A DNA stretch of 64,000 nt from Gemmatimonadota bacterium (GCA_039586795.1 JBDHJS010000015.1:64001-128000); one strand, 5' to 3'. Numbered from the stretch's first letter, positions 19,169 to 29,258 are shown. Notes: a model not told the origin generated them from the letters alone. Numbers and translations are program-made.

Positions 19169-20200
19169 TCAGAAGTAGTAGCGAAGGTTGATGGTCGTGC
19201 TGCCGTTCTTGGAGGGATCCTCCTGGCCGCGCAGCGGTGTGATCGCCAGGTCCATGTCAATGCTCAGGCTGAACTGGGGCCGTCCGGTGTAGGCGATCTT
19301 CAGAAAGAAGGTGTGAACATCGCCCGTGACATTGGCACCTCCCTCCGGGAAAGAATCGACTTCGTATCCGAAGACGAAACCGATCGGCAAGGTGGTAGGG
19401 ACCCCGACGTCGACATCGACGGCGATACCAGCCTCATAGAACGCCTCGTCGTCGTCCTCGCGATCGACGGATTCGCCGTAGCCGGCGCTGGCATCGGCTG
19501 TGAAGCCGACAGTTGGGCTGATCGCCCACGCAAAGCTGCCCCCAGCGCCGCCCCTCATCGAGGGGGTCGTCTTCACCAGGCCGGCCGGCCGACCGGCCAC
19601 GATGTCTTTGAGGAACTGTTCAAGGTTGATCGTCGTGAAGTGTCTGTTGGTGAGACTGAGAGTGCCGGACAGCATCGTCCGCTCGCTGGCGAACAGCTTG
19701 AAGAGCCAGCCTAACTCGAAGCCTGTGGCGGCTGTTATTCCCTGGGCGAGGAGCGCTTCCACGCCGTTGCCGAGGCGGCCCACAACACGAAACTCGCCGC
19801 GCACTGCTAGCCACGGTGTGACTTCTTGCTGGTACTCGAAGTCCAGGTTGGCGAAGACGATATCGCCGGTCAGACCGAGAAGTACAAGCGTATCGGTATC
19901 GATGAGTGGGAACGTGACGTCGTAAGCTCTACCCAATCCCACCGAACTACGAACAAACGTGTTGATTAGTGGGTCCGGCACACGGCGCGTTGGGATGAAC
20001 GTATGCCCGCCGAGGCGCGGCAGTCGTATCTCCTCGCTCTTCACGCCGCCACCTGTCTGTAATGTTGCGGGAACAGCGCTCAAATGCAGTGCCAACAAAG
20101 CCAGCACGGTGCCGCGCTGAACTAGTCGGCACCTTGAAGCCCCGTCGCTGACGGTGATCGTGCTCTTCAAATCACTTCTCCACTCTACTCCATAGCGCAA
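19169..20200 (-). CDS. Putative outer-membrane beta-barrel protein (paralog B; start uncertain)
   Basis: IRLPRLGGHTFIPT...NLDFEYQQ...QGITAATGFE.GWLFKLF...INLRYYF shared with paralog A. Confidence 0.7.
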   Translation of the reverse strand: MRYGVEWRSDLKSTITVSDGASRCRLVQRGTVLALLALHLSAVPATLQTGGGVKSEEIRLPRLGGHTFIPTRRVPDPLINTFVRSSVGLGRAYDVTFPLIDTDTLVLLGLTGDIVFANLDFEYQQEVTPWLAVRGEFRVVGRLGNGVEALLAQGITAATGFELGWLFKLFASERTMLSGTLSLTNRHFTTINLEQFLKDIVAGRPAGLVKTTPSMRGGAGGSFAWAISPTVGFTADASAGYGESVDREDDDEAFYEAGIAVDVDVGVPTTLPIGFVFGYEVDSFPEGGANVTGDVHTFFLKIAYTGRPQFSLSIDMDLAITPLRGQEDPSKNGSTTINLRYYF

Positions 20201-20622
20201 CGCAGTTGGACTGCAAAGCGCACTGGCGTCTAAGCGGGTTGGGGAAGAGTAGAATACTCGGCCAGGCGGGTGCTGCTACCAGAGTACGGCGTGGGGAGCG
20301 AAGAGAGTAGTAAATACGGAAGGCGACGCCGGGTGGGGCAGCAGCTTTAGAGCGGAGAGTCCCTGGCGCTGCCGCGGGAACTTGAGCGTCCCACCACCCA
20401 CCGACCTGGCACCGCCTGACGGCGGCCGGCCCCGTATACCGGCGGCGTCACCCGTGTTGGGGCCGTCGTCGCGAACATCTTAGTCGACGATCAGCCTGCA
20501 GCTGCTGTACAAAAGCACCCTGGCGTCAAATCAGCGTCAAAAGCCAGGCGGGCTGCCGTCTCAGAACCCGTGGACGTGGCTAAAGTGTCAGCGAAGGCCA
20601 GGGCAAGTGTGACTTGATCCAC

Positions 20623-20676
20623 AAAAAGCGCCCGACACCACAAGGAGAATGCGCTCTTCTCCCGGGCATCGGGCGC
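20623..20676 (-). terminator. Long intrinsic terminator
   Basis: Minus strand GCGCCCGAUGCC...GGUGUCGGGCGC (12 bp, two G-U) followed by UUUUU; inner GGAGAA/UUCUCC stem. Confidence 0.75.
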
Positions 20677-20681
20677 AACAC

Positions 20682-20743
20682 GGGGCACCCGGAATAGCAA
20701 GGGTACCATCTCATAGAACCCTCGGCCTCCGGGCCAGTTCCCC
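20682..20743 (-). ncRNA. Candidate structured RNA / 3' UTR stem-loop
   Basis: Nested stems GGGG/CCCC, CCCGGA/UCCGGG and GAGGGU/ACCCUU directly upstream of the terminator. Confidence 0.35.
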
Positions 20744-20748
20744 AGGTC

Positions 20749-21696
20749 TCAACCGAGTTTTTGCCAGGCCGCCTCGGCAATGGCCGCATCTTGGGCGCCG
20801 ACGCCGGTGAGGTCACAGATGATAAGCTCGTCAGCCTCGCGACCCGGCTTGGCACCGATCACGATTTGGCCGAGCTCGGCGTGGACGGAGTCGGAGCTCA
20901 AGGCCCCCTCTTCGATGGCGTGGTGGAGCTCGCCGAGGCTGGCGCATTGAGCGAGACGGTCGACGACGATCTTGTCCGCCCTGGTCAAGGCGGCCGTGGG
21001 TAGCTCCCGCTTGTCGGGGCCGTCGGAGCCGACGGCGACCACAGTGGCGTGTGACTGAAGGCTGTCGGCGGCGATCAGCGGCTCGCGACTGGGGGTCACG
21101 GTGATGATCAGGTCTGCCTCTCGGACAGCATCATCGGGCGTTTCGGCAGCGGTGAACGGGATGTCCAACTCGGCTTGCATCTCGCTGCAATAGCGGGAGA
21201 GGCGCTCCGGGTTTGGACTCCAGGCCGCGGTCGCGGACCACTCGCGGACGCCTGCCAACGCTCGGAGCTGGAAACGAGCTTGAACTCCGGAGCCGAGGAC
21301 GGCGACCGACTCGAGCCGTTCGTGGCTGAGGAGCTTGGCCGTGAGCGCTCCAGCTGCGGCCGTACGGAGGTCGGTCAAATAGGCGTTGTCCTGAAGCAGG
21401 ACGGTGGGGAAGCCAGTCTCAGCGTCGAAGACGAGGATCAGTCCTGCACCGCTTGGCAGGCCGCGCTCGACGTTCCGGTAGAAGCCGCTGGCGATCTTGA
21501 TCGCGAAAACCGGGGCTCCGTCCAGATGAGCCGATTTAACGTGGACCTCTCCGTGGGCGTCTGAGAGGTGAAGCCCCATAGGGGGAGGCAGATTGACGGC
21601 ATCGGCACCCAAGGCACGGAACGCCGCTTCGGCCGCAGCGAGTGCCTCCGGCTCTTTAATGGCGCCGCGGATCGTGGCCTCGTCTATCGTTTTCAC
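20749..21696 (-). CDS. Ornithine cyclodeaminase / mu-crystallin family protein
   Basis: LTDLRTAAAG, GSGVQA, ADLIITVTPS, GSD...KRE and DLTGVGAQD motifs. Confidence 0.92.
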   Translation of the reverse strand: MKTIDEATIRGAIKEPEALAAAEAAFRALGADAVNLPPPMGLHLSDAHGEVHVKSAHLDGAPVFAIKIASGFYRNVERGLPSGAGLILVFDAETGFPTVLLQDNAYLTDLRTAAAGALTAKLLSHERLESVAVLGSGVQARFQLRALAGVREWSATAAWSPNPERLSRYCSEMQAELDIPFTAAETPDDAVREADLIITVTPSREPLIAADSLQSHATVVAVGSDGPDKRELPTAALTRADKIVVDRLAQCASLGELHHAIEEGALSSDSVHAELGQIVIGAKPGREADELIICDLTGVGAQDAAIAEAAWQKLG

Positions 21697-21887
21697 AGGC
21701 GTTCTCCAACGTTTCGTGGGGCTTGGCTGTCTTTAGTTTGAAGCGTAGATCGGGATATGTCCATGCGGGTTGCCCGAAGGGCTGCAGCCCGCCGTGGACT
21801 ATCCTCATGGATTGACCGGAGTTGGAGTCTGGAAGAGATTCCAGCAGTATCTCATGAGCTGCCACATTCTATGAGGGGAGAGACGCA

Positions 21888-22784
21888 ATGTTGAGGAATC
21901 TCGGCCGGGGCGCGTTTGCCGGCCTCGTAGTGCTAGCCGGCGGAGCCTGCGGAGATGACGAGCAGCAGCAGATCAACAACCCGCCGCCTCAGGTCGCGCT
22001 GATGACGGCGTACGTCGAGTCGATCAAGACATTGGACGGGTCTGTAGCGGGCACGTTCGTCTCCGATAGCGCACCCACACCCGACGGTGGCCCGACCGCT
22101 ACGGTTGGAGCCAACGGAACCGTGGTGTGGGGTGGCGCGCAGCAGACGTCGTTGAGCGGTTCGGGCGACTTCAGGAAAGTGATCGTCTCGGTTGACGGCG
22201 CCGCCGGACACTACAGCATCGATCTTGGAGCGGACACGGCAGACGTGGAACTTGTGCTAACTTATGCGACGCGTATCCCGGCCACGAACTTTGACCTCAG
22301 GTTCCAGCTGGAGACGCAAGATGGCACGGTGGGTGATGTAGTCGCGCAGAACATGGATCGTGTTGCCGTCGGAACGGGCGTCGTGCAGGTCACCGTGACC
22401 TGGAACACGGGCGCCGACCTCGACCTTCACCTGGTTGAACCGAGTGGGGAAGAGATCTTCTTTGATCATACGGCGGGGGACAAGGACATATTCCCGTCGG
22501 GTGCCCCTTCATCGGCATCGGGCGGCGAGCTCGATCTCACTTCGAACCTGGACTGCGCGGATGGGTCTCGTAACGAGAACATCTACTGGTCGAACAACGC
22601 GCTTTCGGGTATGTACACCGTTCGGTTGGCGCTCATAAGCCCGTGCGGAGCTGCGGCGAGCGACTACGTGGTGACGGTCCGCATGCAGGGACGCGCCCCG
22701 CTGCAGTTCAAGGGCACGATTGACGGACCGCCGACCGGCGGAAACCAAGGAGCGGGCTACCAGGTTGGCACGTTCCTATTCTAG
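21888..22784 (+). CDS. Lipoprotein with YfaP/DUF2135-like C-terminal domain
   Basis: Lipobox GGAC; VQVTVTWNTGADLDLHLVEPSGEEI, GGELD and NENIYW motifs. Confidence 0.75.
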   Translation: MLRNLGRGAFAGLVVLAGGACGDDEQQQINNPPPQVALMTAYVESIKTLDGSVAGTFVSDSAPTPDGGPTATVGANGTVVWGGAQQTSLSGSGDFRKVIVSVDGAAGHYSIDLGADTADVELVLTYATRIPATNFDLRFQLETQDGTVGDVVAQNMDRVAVGTGVVQVTVTWNTGADLDLHLVEPSGEEIFFDHTAGDKDIFPSGAPSSASGGELDLTSNLDCADGSRNENIYWSNNALSGMYTVRLALISPCGAAASDYVVTVRMQGRAPLQFKGTIDGPPTGGNQGAGYQVGTFLF

Positions 22785-22830
22785 ATGACTTCGAAGCAGG
22801 CTTGGCGGTCTCAAGTCGAGCTGAGTGAAC

Positions 22831-22868
22831 GGGGCCGCTGGCATCGAGTCAGCGGCCCTTACTTTTGT
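22831..22868 (+). terminator. Intrinsic terminator
   Basis: GGGCCGCTGGC/GTCAGCGGCCC stem followed by TTACTTTT. Confidence 0.65.
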
Positions 22869-22964
22869 GGCTCGGCTGACTGGACGGCACCGCCCTGACG
22901 TCCCATCTTGCGTGCGGCTGATCTGCCGCGCCCAACCAGCCCACCGCAAAAGTACACAGGAATC

Positions 22965-24641
22965 ATGACGACGAAGACGAGCCCATTGAAGAGCGTGACT
23001 CCGGCGGAGTACCAACCGGATCTACCCTTGGAGCGATTGGTGTTGGAGTCCGAACCCGGCGAAGAGGCGGTTCCGGTGGATGTGTTGTTCGTCGGTGGCG
23101 GACCCTCCGGTCTGGCGGGGGCGATAGAGCTTGCCCGGCTAGTGAAGGCGGATAATGAGAATGGCGACGGGATCGGGGAGGTCGAGATCGGGGTCCTGGA
23201 GAAAGCAGGATCGCTGGGCGAGCATTGTCTCTCCGGGGCCATCGTAAATCCGGGCCCATTCCGTGAGCTGTTTCCTGAAGTGAGCGAGACAGACCTTCCT
23301 TTTTGCCGCCCGGCGCCGAAGGATCATGTCTACATGCTCAAGGCAAAGGGCGGCCGTCGGATTCCGACACCGCCAACGATGCACAACAAGGGCAACTACG
23401 TTGCCTCGATTTGCGAGATCGTACGCTGGATGGGCGATCGGGCGGAAGCTGAGGGCATAAACATTTTCACGGGTTTCCCCGCGGAAGCGCTGCTGGCGGA
23501 CGGCGGGCGCGTGCTTGGTGTTAGAACGGTTCCGATGGGCCTGGACCGCGACGGCAACGCCGGCGGGGGCTACGAGCCGCCAGCGGACGTCACGGCGCGT
23601 GTCACGGTGCTCTGCGAGGGTACGCGGGGACCGCTGACACAGGCGTGGCTGGAGCGGGAGCAGGTACGCGCGCAGAACCCGCAGATCTTCGCGCTGGGGG
23701 TGAAGGAGCTCTGGCAGGTGAAGCGGCCGCTGGAGAACGTGATCCACACGATGGGTTGGCCGCTGCCCAAGGATGCGTTCGGCGGTAGCTGGCTGTACCC
23801 GATGGCGGACGATCTCATTTCGATCGGGCTCGTCGTCGGCCTCGACTACCGCCAGACGACGCTTGATGTCCACGTTCTGCTTCAGCAGTTGAAGGAGCAT
23901 CCGCTTGTCGCGCCTTATCTGGAAGGCGGCGAGCTTCTGGAGTGGGGCGCGAAGACGATCCCGGAGGGCGGGTACTACGCATTACCGCAGCGGATGCACG
24001 GCGATGGCCTGCTGATCGCCGGCGACGCGGCGGGATTCGTGGATGTGCCGTCACTAAAGGGGATACACTATGCGGTGCAATCCGGGATGTTCGCGGCCCG
24101 GGCGATCTTCAAAGCCCTGAAAGCAGATGACACTTCAGCCTCCGGGCTGGCGGATTACGACGCGATGGTACGTGACAGCTTCGTCGGCAAAGACCTCTAT
24201 CAGACTCGCAATATGCGGCTGGCCTTCAAGTCAGGGTTCTATGGCGGCGGGTTGAAGGCGGCGCTGATGTCGATGTCGCGCGGCGCGATCTTCGGCGGTC
24301 GAATCGAAGTGCCGGCCGATGCGGATGAGCCGCGGGACGTGACGCCCGCGCCTGAGTTCTCTGCCGATGGCCAGCGCACGATCAGCAAGGTCGACGCGGT
24401 GTTCCGTTCCGGCAACGCAACGCGTGACGACATTCCGTCCCATCTCATCGTAGGGAAGGATGTGCCACCTGAGGTCGCCGATCTTTACGTGCACATGTGT
24501 CCAGCAGGCGTCTACGAGCGCGATGGCGACAAGCTGGTGGTGAACGCGCCGAATTGCGTCGATTGCAAGGCGACCGACGTGATCGGGCCCCGGTGGACGC
24601 CTCGCGAAGGCGGCAGCGGTCCAGCCTATAAGCGGATGTAG
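22965..24641 (+). CDS. Electron-transfer flavoprotein:quinone oxidoreductase
   Basis: FAD motif VGGGPSGL, H.LSGA, GAKTIPEGG, KGIHYA; C-terminal Fe-S motifs CPAGVYE...NCVDCKAT...W...EGGSGP.Y. Confidence 0.93.
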   Translation: MTTKTSPLKSVTPAEYQPDLPLERLVLESEPGEEAVPVDVLFVGGGPSGLAGAIELARLVKADNENGDGIGEVEIGVLEKAGSLGEHCLSGAIVNPGPFRELFPEVSETDLPFCRPAPKDHVYMLKAKGGRRIPTPPTMHNKGNYVASICEIVRWMGDRAEAEGINIFTGFPAEALLADGGRVLGVRTVPMGLDRDGNAGGGYEPPADVTARVTVLCEGTRGPLTQAWLEREQVRAQNPQIFALGVKELWQVKRPLENVIHTMGWPLPKDAFGGSWLYPMADDLISIGLVVGLDYRQTTLDVHVLLQQLKEHPLVAPYLEGGELLEWGAKTIPEGGYYALPQRMHGDGLLIAGDAAGFVDVPSLKGIHYAVQSGMFAARAIFKALKADDTSASGLADYDAMVRDSFVGKDLYQTRNMRLAFKSGFYGGGLKAALMSMSRGAIFGGRIEVPADADEPRDVTPAPEFSADGQRTISKVDAVFRSGNATRDDIPSHLIVGKDVPPEVADLYVHMCPAGVYERDGDKLVVNAPNCVDCKATDVIGPRWTPREGGSGPAYKRM

Positions 24642-24699
24642 TCCGGTCCGGAGCGAGCTTGGGGCGTAACGACGACTTGGGCTGTCATTTGGGGGAGCG

Positions 24700-26717
24700 T
24701 TGAACTGGTTCAAGCGGCTGGTCGTCGACATACATCGCCGCTCAATGTGGCAGGTTCTGGGCATCTACCTGCTGGGCGGCCTCGCGGCCTACCAGGTTGT
24801 TCAGAGCCTGACCGAGGGGCTCGGTCTGCCCGCCTACTTTCCGGGGCTGGCCGTCGTCCTGCTCATCATCTTCTTCCCAGTCGTCCTGGCTGTCGCGATG
24901 GTGCGCGAAGAGAAACCTCCCGCACAACCGGCAGACGACGGTCTGGAACGGTCGGCGGAGGGCGGTTCGGAGCTGCCCCCATCCTCTGCGGCCGTCGGGC
25001 GGCGCAGTAGGTTCAGCCTGCGAGGCGCGGCGTTCGGCGTCGTAGCCGTGCTGGCGCTATGGGGAATACTGGCCGGTGTGTGGTTCGTCATCGGGCGTTC
25101 TCCGGCCATGCCGCCGACCCCGGCGACGGGATCACCGAAGAGATCACATCGCGTTTGGCGGAGATCCCCGAGCTTGGGGTGATATCGCGGAGCAGTGCGA
25201 TCACCTACAAGAGGACAGACAAGGACCTGCCGACCATTGCCGCCGAACTTGATGTTGACTTTGTGCTCGAGGGAACGGTCCGCTGGGAGCGCCGGGGCGA
25301 GGGCCAGAACCGGGTGAGAGTCACACCGCAGCTGATTCGCGTCAGCGATGACACGAACGTCTGGACCGAGCGCTATGACGCCGTGCTATCCGAGATCTTC
25401 GCGGTGCAGACCGACATAGCGGAGCAGGTAGCACAGGCTCTCGATGTCACGTTGCTCGAGAGTCAGCGACAAGCGTTCGAGCAGGCGCCGACCGCCAACG
25501 TGGATGCCTGGGATTATTACCTGCAGTGCCGGGACTACTTCTCGAGGGGAACTACATTCGAGCACACGACGATCACGATCGAGATGTGTGAGCGCGCGGT
25601 CGACCTCGACCCGACGCTGGCGCAGGCCTGGGCGCAGCTCGGCATAGCCCATGCGGATATGTACTGGTTCTACTTCGACCGCAGTCAGGCTCGGTTAGAG
25701 ATGGCGGAGGCGGCGGTTAATCGGGCGCTTGACATAGCCCCCGCGTTACCGGAGGCGCACCTAGCTCGCGGTTGGTACTACTACCACGGCAGGCTCGACT
25801 ACGATCGCGCGTTGGAGGCATTCGACGTCGCTCGTCGCAGCCGACCCAACGATTCCGACTTGCTAGCGGCAATCGCATACATGCAGCGAGCGCGGGGTGC
25901 CGAGACGTTCGGCCAGTCTCTCGATAATCTGCGACGGGCCATAGAGTACGATCCTCGAAACCAGACGAAGATCGTGCAGCTGGGGATCAGCTACTTCTAT
26001 ATGCGTCAATTCGCAGAGGCGCTCCGTTACTTTGATCGAGCGATGTCGCTGGCGCCGGATGTGATTCGCCCATATGCATGGAAGGCTCGCCTGTATGTGA
26101 GTTGGCAAGGCGATACTGCGATGGCGCGGCTGGTGTTGGACGAAGCCTCTCGGCGCATCGACCCACGTGTGCTCGACACTCGTGTGTGGGAACACTGGAC
26201 GCTGTTGAGACTGCTCGAAAGGAGCGAGGAAGCGGCGCTGGCTAGGCTGCGAACGTTCGAGCTCGACAGCGCCTACCGGCATCTTGCGGCCGCCGAACTG
26301 TACGGGTTGATGGGGCGGCAAACGGATGCGCGCGCCGAGTATGATTCAGCGCGGCTGATCCTGGAGACGCGGGTCGCCGACATGCCGGGCGAGCCTCGGT
26401 TTCGTGCCAACCTGGGATTGGCCTATGCGGGACTGGGGCGGGCCGATGACGCTGTGCGCGAGGCCCGACGGGCCGTGGAGATCATGCCCTATACGGAGAA
26501 CGCCTTCCACTCCTCGGAGTGGGTCCTGAAGCTGGCCCAGGTCCATGTCATGCTCGGCAACTATGACGAGGCAATAGAGCAGCTGGAATTCGCGCTCTCG
26601 GTGCCTGGCCCGATTTCCGGGCACTGGCTGCGTCTCGATCCCGTCTGGAACCCGCTTCGAAACCACCCACGCTTTCCGGCGCTGCTCGACCGTCCGCACA
26701 GGAGCTTTAGCGACTAG
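24700..26717 (+). pseudogene. Membrane-anchored TolB-N-like/TPR protein, frameshifted near 25123
   Basis: ORF 24700-25182 gives the HRRSMWQVLGIY TM domain; ORF 25059-26717 resumes at DGITEEI...VISRSS...EGTVR followed by TPRs and LRLDP.W.PLR.HPRF; the expected VLPFEN...EYFA segment is absent. Confidence 0.8.
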
Positions 26718-26795
26718 GTTTGCGGACCGGTGTGTGCCGGATATCTTGTCGGCTGTCCCAACATTCCTCGACCCAACCCTCTCAGGAGGTGGAGT

Positions 26796-27410
26796 ATGCG
26801 ATTGGCCCATGCAGTACTGGCAGCTTTGATCATCGCCGCGCCGGCGCAGGCGCAGGATGAGAAGCGCCCGGCAGATTGGCAGGTGCGATTCGATCGCCCG
26901 AATCCGGACGCGGAGATCTATTTCGTCGACATGCCACCGGGTTGGCACGTGACGACGGGACCTGCGGCGATCCTCTACAATCCATCCCACACCGCCAACG
27001 GTGCGTACCGCGTCGAATCGAAGATCTATTTGTTCCCCGGCCAGACGCGCGAGGGCTTTGGTGTCTTCGTCGGTGGAAAGGATCTGGAAGGATCTGGCCA
27101 GTCCTATGTGTATTTCTTGATTCGTGGTGACGGACGCTACCTGGTGAAGCTTCGAACCGGCAGTCAAACCGAGAACGTTATCCCGTGGACGGCGCACGAG
27201 GCCATCGTCCCACACGAAGGCCAGGATGGGACCGCGGAGAACGTGCTTGCTATCGAGTGCGGTTCGGAGAACGTCGACTTCTTCGTGAACGGCGCGAAGG
27301 TGAATACCCTGGAACGGGGGAATTTGGGAGTCGATGGAATTGTGGGGTTGCGGGTGAATCACTCGTTGAACCTTCATGTTGCTGAGTTGAAGGTCGAATC
27401 GGGGAGCTGA
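26796..27410 (+). CDS. Secreted beta-sandwich (DUF1080/ConA-like) hypothetical protein
   Basis: GGAG RBS, signal peptide AQA-Q, PPGWHVTTGPA, FFVNG and GIVGLRVNH motifs. Confidence 0.7.
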   Translation: MRLAHAVLAALIIAAPAQAQDEKRPADWQVRFDRPNPDAEIYFVDMPPGWHVTTGPAAILYNPSHTANGAYRVESKIYLFPGQTREGFGVFVGGKDLEGSGQSYVYFLIRGDGRYLVKLRTGSQTENVIPWTAHEAIVPHEGQDGTAENVLAIECGSENVDFFVNGAKVNTLERGNLGVDGIVGLRVNHSLNLHVAELKVESGS

Positions 27411-27412
27411 TC

Positions 27413-27585
27413 TCGACAGCCGACAGCCGACAGCCGCGTGCCAACGACCGAGGACAATTCGGCGACGAACTCCCGATCCCCGATGTTCGTCGTGCGACTG
27501 TCGCTCGATTTAGGTCGTGCGTCGGACGTCGGTCGCCGAAGAGGACTCGGTCGCCGATGCGCGGCTGTTGGCTGTCGGCTGTCGA
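27413..27585 (+). repeat. 173-nt fold-back element with (GACAGCC)3/(GGCTGTC)3 terminal arms
   Basis: Terminal 26-nt inverted repeat with one G-U-type mismatch, plus four further nested stems. Confidence 0.85.
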
Positions 27586-27615
27586 AACAGTCTCCCACAG
27601 GGAGTCCACTAACTC

Positions 27616-28311
27616 ATGCGCATTATAGGCCTGCTCGGAGGCATGAGCTGGGAGTCGACGGCAGAGTACTACCGGATGATCAACCAGGAAGTGCGCCGTC
27701 GTTTGGGGCGGCAGCACTCGGCGAAGATCGTCCTGTACAGCGTCGACTTTGAAGAGATCGAGCAACTACAGAGCGAAGGTAACTGGGAGGCTGCAGGTCG
27801 CATGCTGGCCGATGCCGCTCGAGGCGTGGAGCGAGGCGGTGCGGATTTCCTGGTTCTCTGTACGAACACGATGCACAAGGTGGCGCCGGCCATCGAGGAT
27901 GCGATCGATATCCCTCTCATCCATATCGCGGATGCCACGGGCGAAACCGTGGTGGAGGCTGGCTTGCGGTGTGTCGGGCTGTTGGGGACCCGGTTCACCA
28001 TGCAGGAGGACTTCTACAGGGGCCGCCTTGAAGAACGGCACGGGCTCGAGGTGCTCGTGCCGCCGGTTGCGGATCAAGCGCTCGTCGACCGGGTGATCTA
28101 CGACGAGCTTTGCCGCGGCGAGATCCTCGACGAATCGAGGCGCGAGTACGTGAGGATCATCGGCGAGCTAGGTGAACGCGGCGCCGAGGGCATCGTTCTT
28201 GGCTGTACAGAGATCGGTCTGCTGGTGCGACCTGAAGACTCGCCGCTGACGGTCTTCGACACGACGCGAATACACTCGGCGAAGACCGTCGAGGCGGCGC
28301 TATCGGGCTAG
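27616..28311 (+). CDS. Aspartate/glutamate racemase family protein (YgeA-like)
   Basis: IGLLGGMSWEST, LCTNTMH, LLGTRFTM and LGCTEI two-cysteine motifs. Confidence 0.95.
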   Translation: MRIIGLLGGMSWESTAEYYRMINQEVRRRLGRQHSAKIVLYSVDFEEIEQLQSEGNWEAAGRMLADAARGVERGGADFLVLCTNTMHKVAPAIEDAIDIPLIHIADATGETVVEAGLRCVGLLGTRFTMQEDFYRGRLEERHGLEVLVPPVADQALVDRVIYDELCRGEILDESRREYVRIIGELGERGAEGIVLGCTEIGLLVRPEDSPLTVFDTTRIHSAKTVEAALSG

Positions 28312-28314
28312 GTT

Positions 28315-28872
28315 CTACTCGCTTCCGCTGCCAGCGTCGTAGACCCGGGTGTACTGCATCGGACCCCCACGACCCTCGGTCAGCATCTTCACATAGAGCT
28401 TCCGACCCTCGTCCTCCAGCCAATAGGTCGTGATGACTTCCGTAGCGCCTCGGCTGCCGCGGCTGACGGTCGCCCCGGCCGTTCGGCGCTCCACCTTGAG
28501 TTTCCCGCCGTCCCAGCTGCACTTCGTCGTGACGGTCGCTCCGTTCCGTAGCTCGCGAGAAACCGCACGCCCGTCGGTGAAGAGTTCCATCGACTGGCCG
28601 GCACCAACGGGTCTGATGGTCAACGTCGAGTCGGTCTGTTCGATGCGCAGGGCCATCCCCATGTTAGCGCCACCGCCGCCAAACCCTCCCGGGCGGCCCG
28701 GCATGCCGCTGAGCCGCGTCGGGTCGTCGCTCTCGTCTTCGTTGAGCGTGTAAAAGCCGGTGAGATCTGGCTGTTCCGGGGCCACGGCCGACCCCCCGCT
28801 TGAGCACGCAGTAGACACTGCGACTAGAGGAACAAGAAACAAGATCAGGAGGGCGCGTGTGCTCATCGGCAT
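28315..28872 (-). CDS. Lipoprotein, lipocalin-like beta-barrel (paralog of 29827-30390)
   Basis: Lipobox STAC; PDLTG.Y.LN...S.DP, W.G.KL.VE and FTRVYD-like C-terminus. Confidence 0.7.
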   Translation of the reverse strand: MPMSTRALLILFLVPLVAVSTACSSGGSAVAPEQPDLTGFYTLNEDESDDPTRLSGMPGRPGGFGGGGANMGMALRIEQTDSTLTIRPVGAGQSMELFTDGRAVSRELRNGATVTTKCSWDGGKLKVERRTAGATVSRGSRGATEVITTYWLEDEGRKLYVKMLTEGRGGPMQYTRVYDAGSGSE

Positions 28873-29201
28873 TCTCCGTATCTGTGGGTTGGTGGTTTGG
28901 GCCCGAGTAATATACAAACAGCGATGCCGGTCGGCAGCCTTGCGGGGCGGCGCTGGCCGATCACAATATGGGCGACCCTGCTGTCCACTGTTCAACGCCC
29001 TATTCGCCTGGCGCCATGCGTGCTTGCCGTGGTGACGGTGGCGTCTTCCAGCGTGCTGGTGCAGCAGTACACGGCGGCCTGATCGGCGTCGAGGACAAGG
29101 CGGTCAGGGTGGCAACGCGAGCCGACTGTCCTGGATCTTCTACTTCGACTTCTGACCTAATCACGCCTCAAGGAACACAATTCTGGTGCGCCCTTCGAAG
29201 A

Positions 29202-29231
29202 TTGACATATTAATTGTCATAGTGGTATTAT
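29202..29231 (+). promoter_or_regulatory. Sigma70 promoter (TTGACA-18-TATTAT, extended TG) overlapped by a TGACA-N7-TGTCA palindrome
   Basis: Consensus -35 at 29202-29207; inverted repeat 29203-29219; just upstream of the MarR gene. Confidence 0.65.
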
Positions 29232-29258
29232 AATTGTCGACTCGCGCTTGAAGGAGGG

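Noticed and set aside
20245..20320. Three AGAGTA motifs upstream of the beta-barrel genes
   Set aside because: Short and irregularly spaced; cannot be distinguished from chance by eye
28930..29160. Short ORFs between the lipoprotein and MarR genes
   Set aside because: No RBS, motif or coherent composition; at most an unidentifiable remnant
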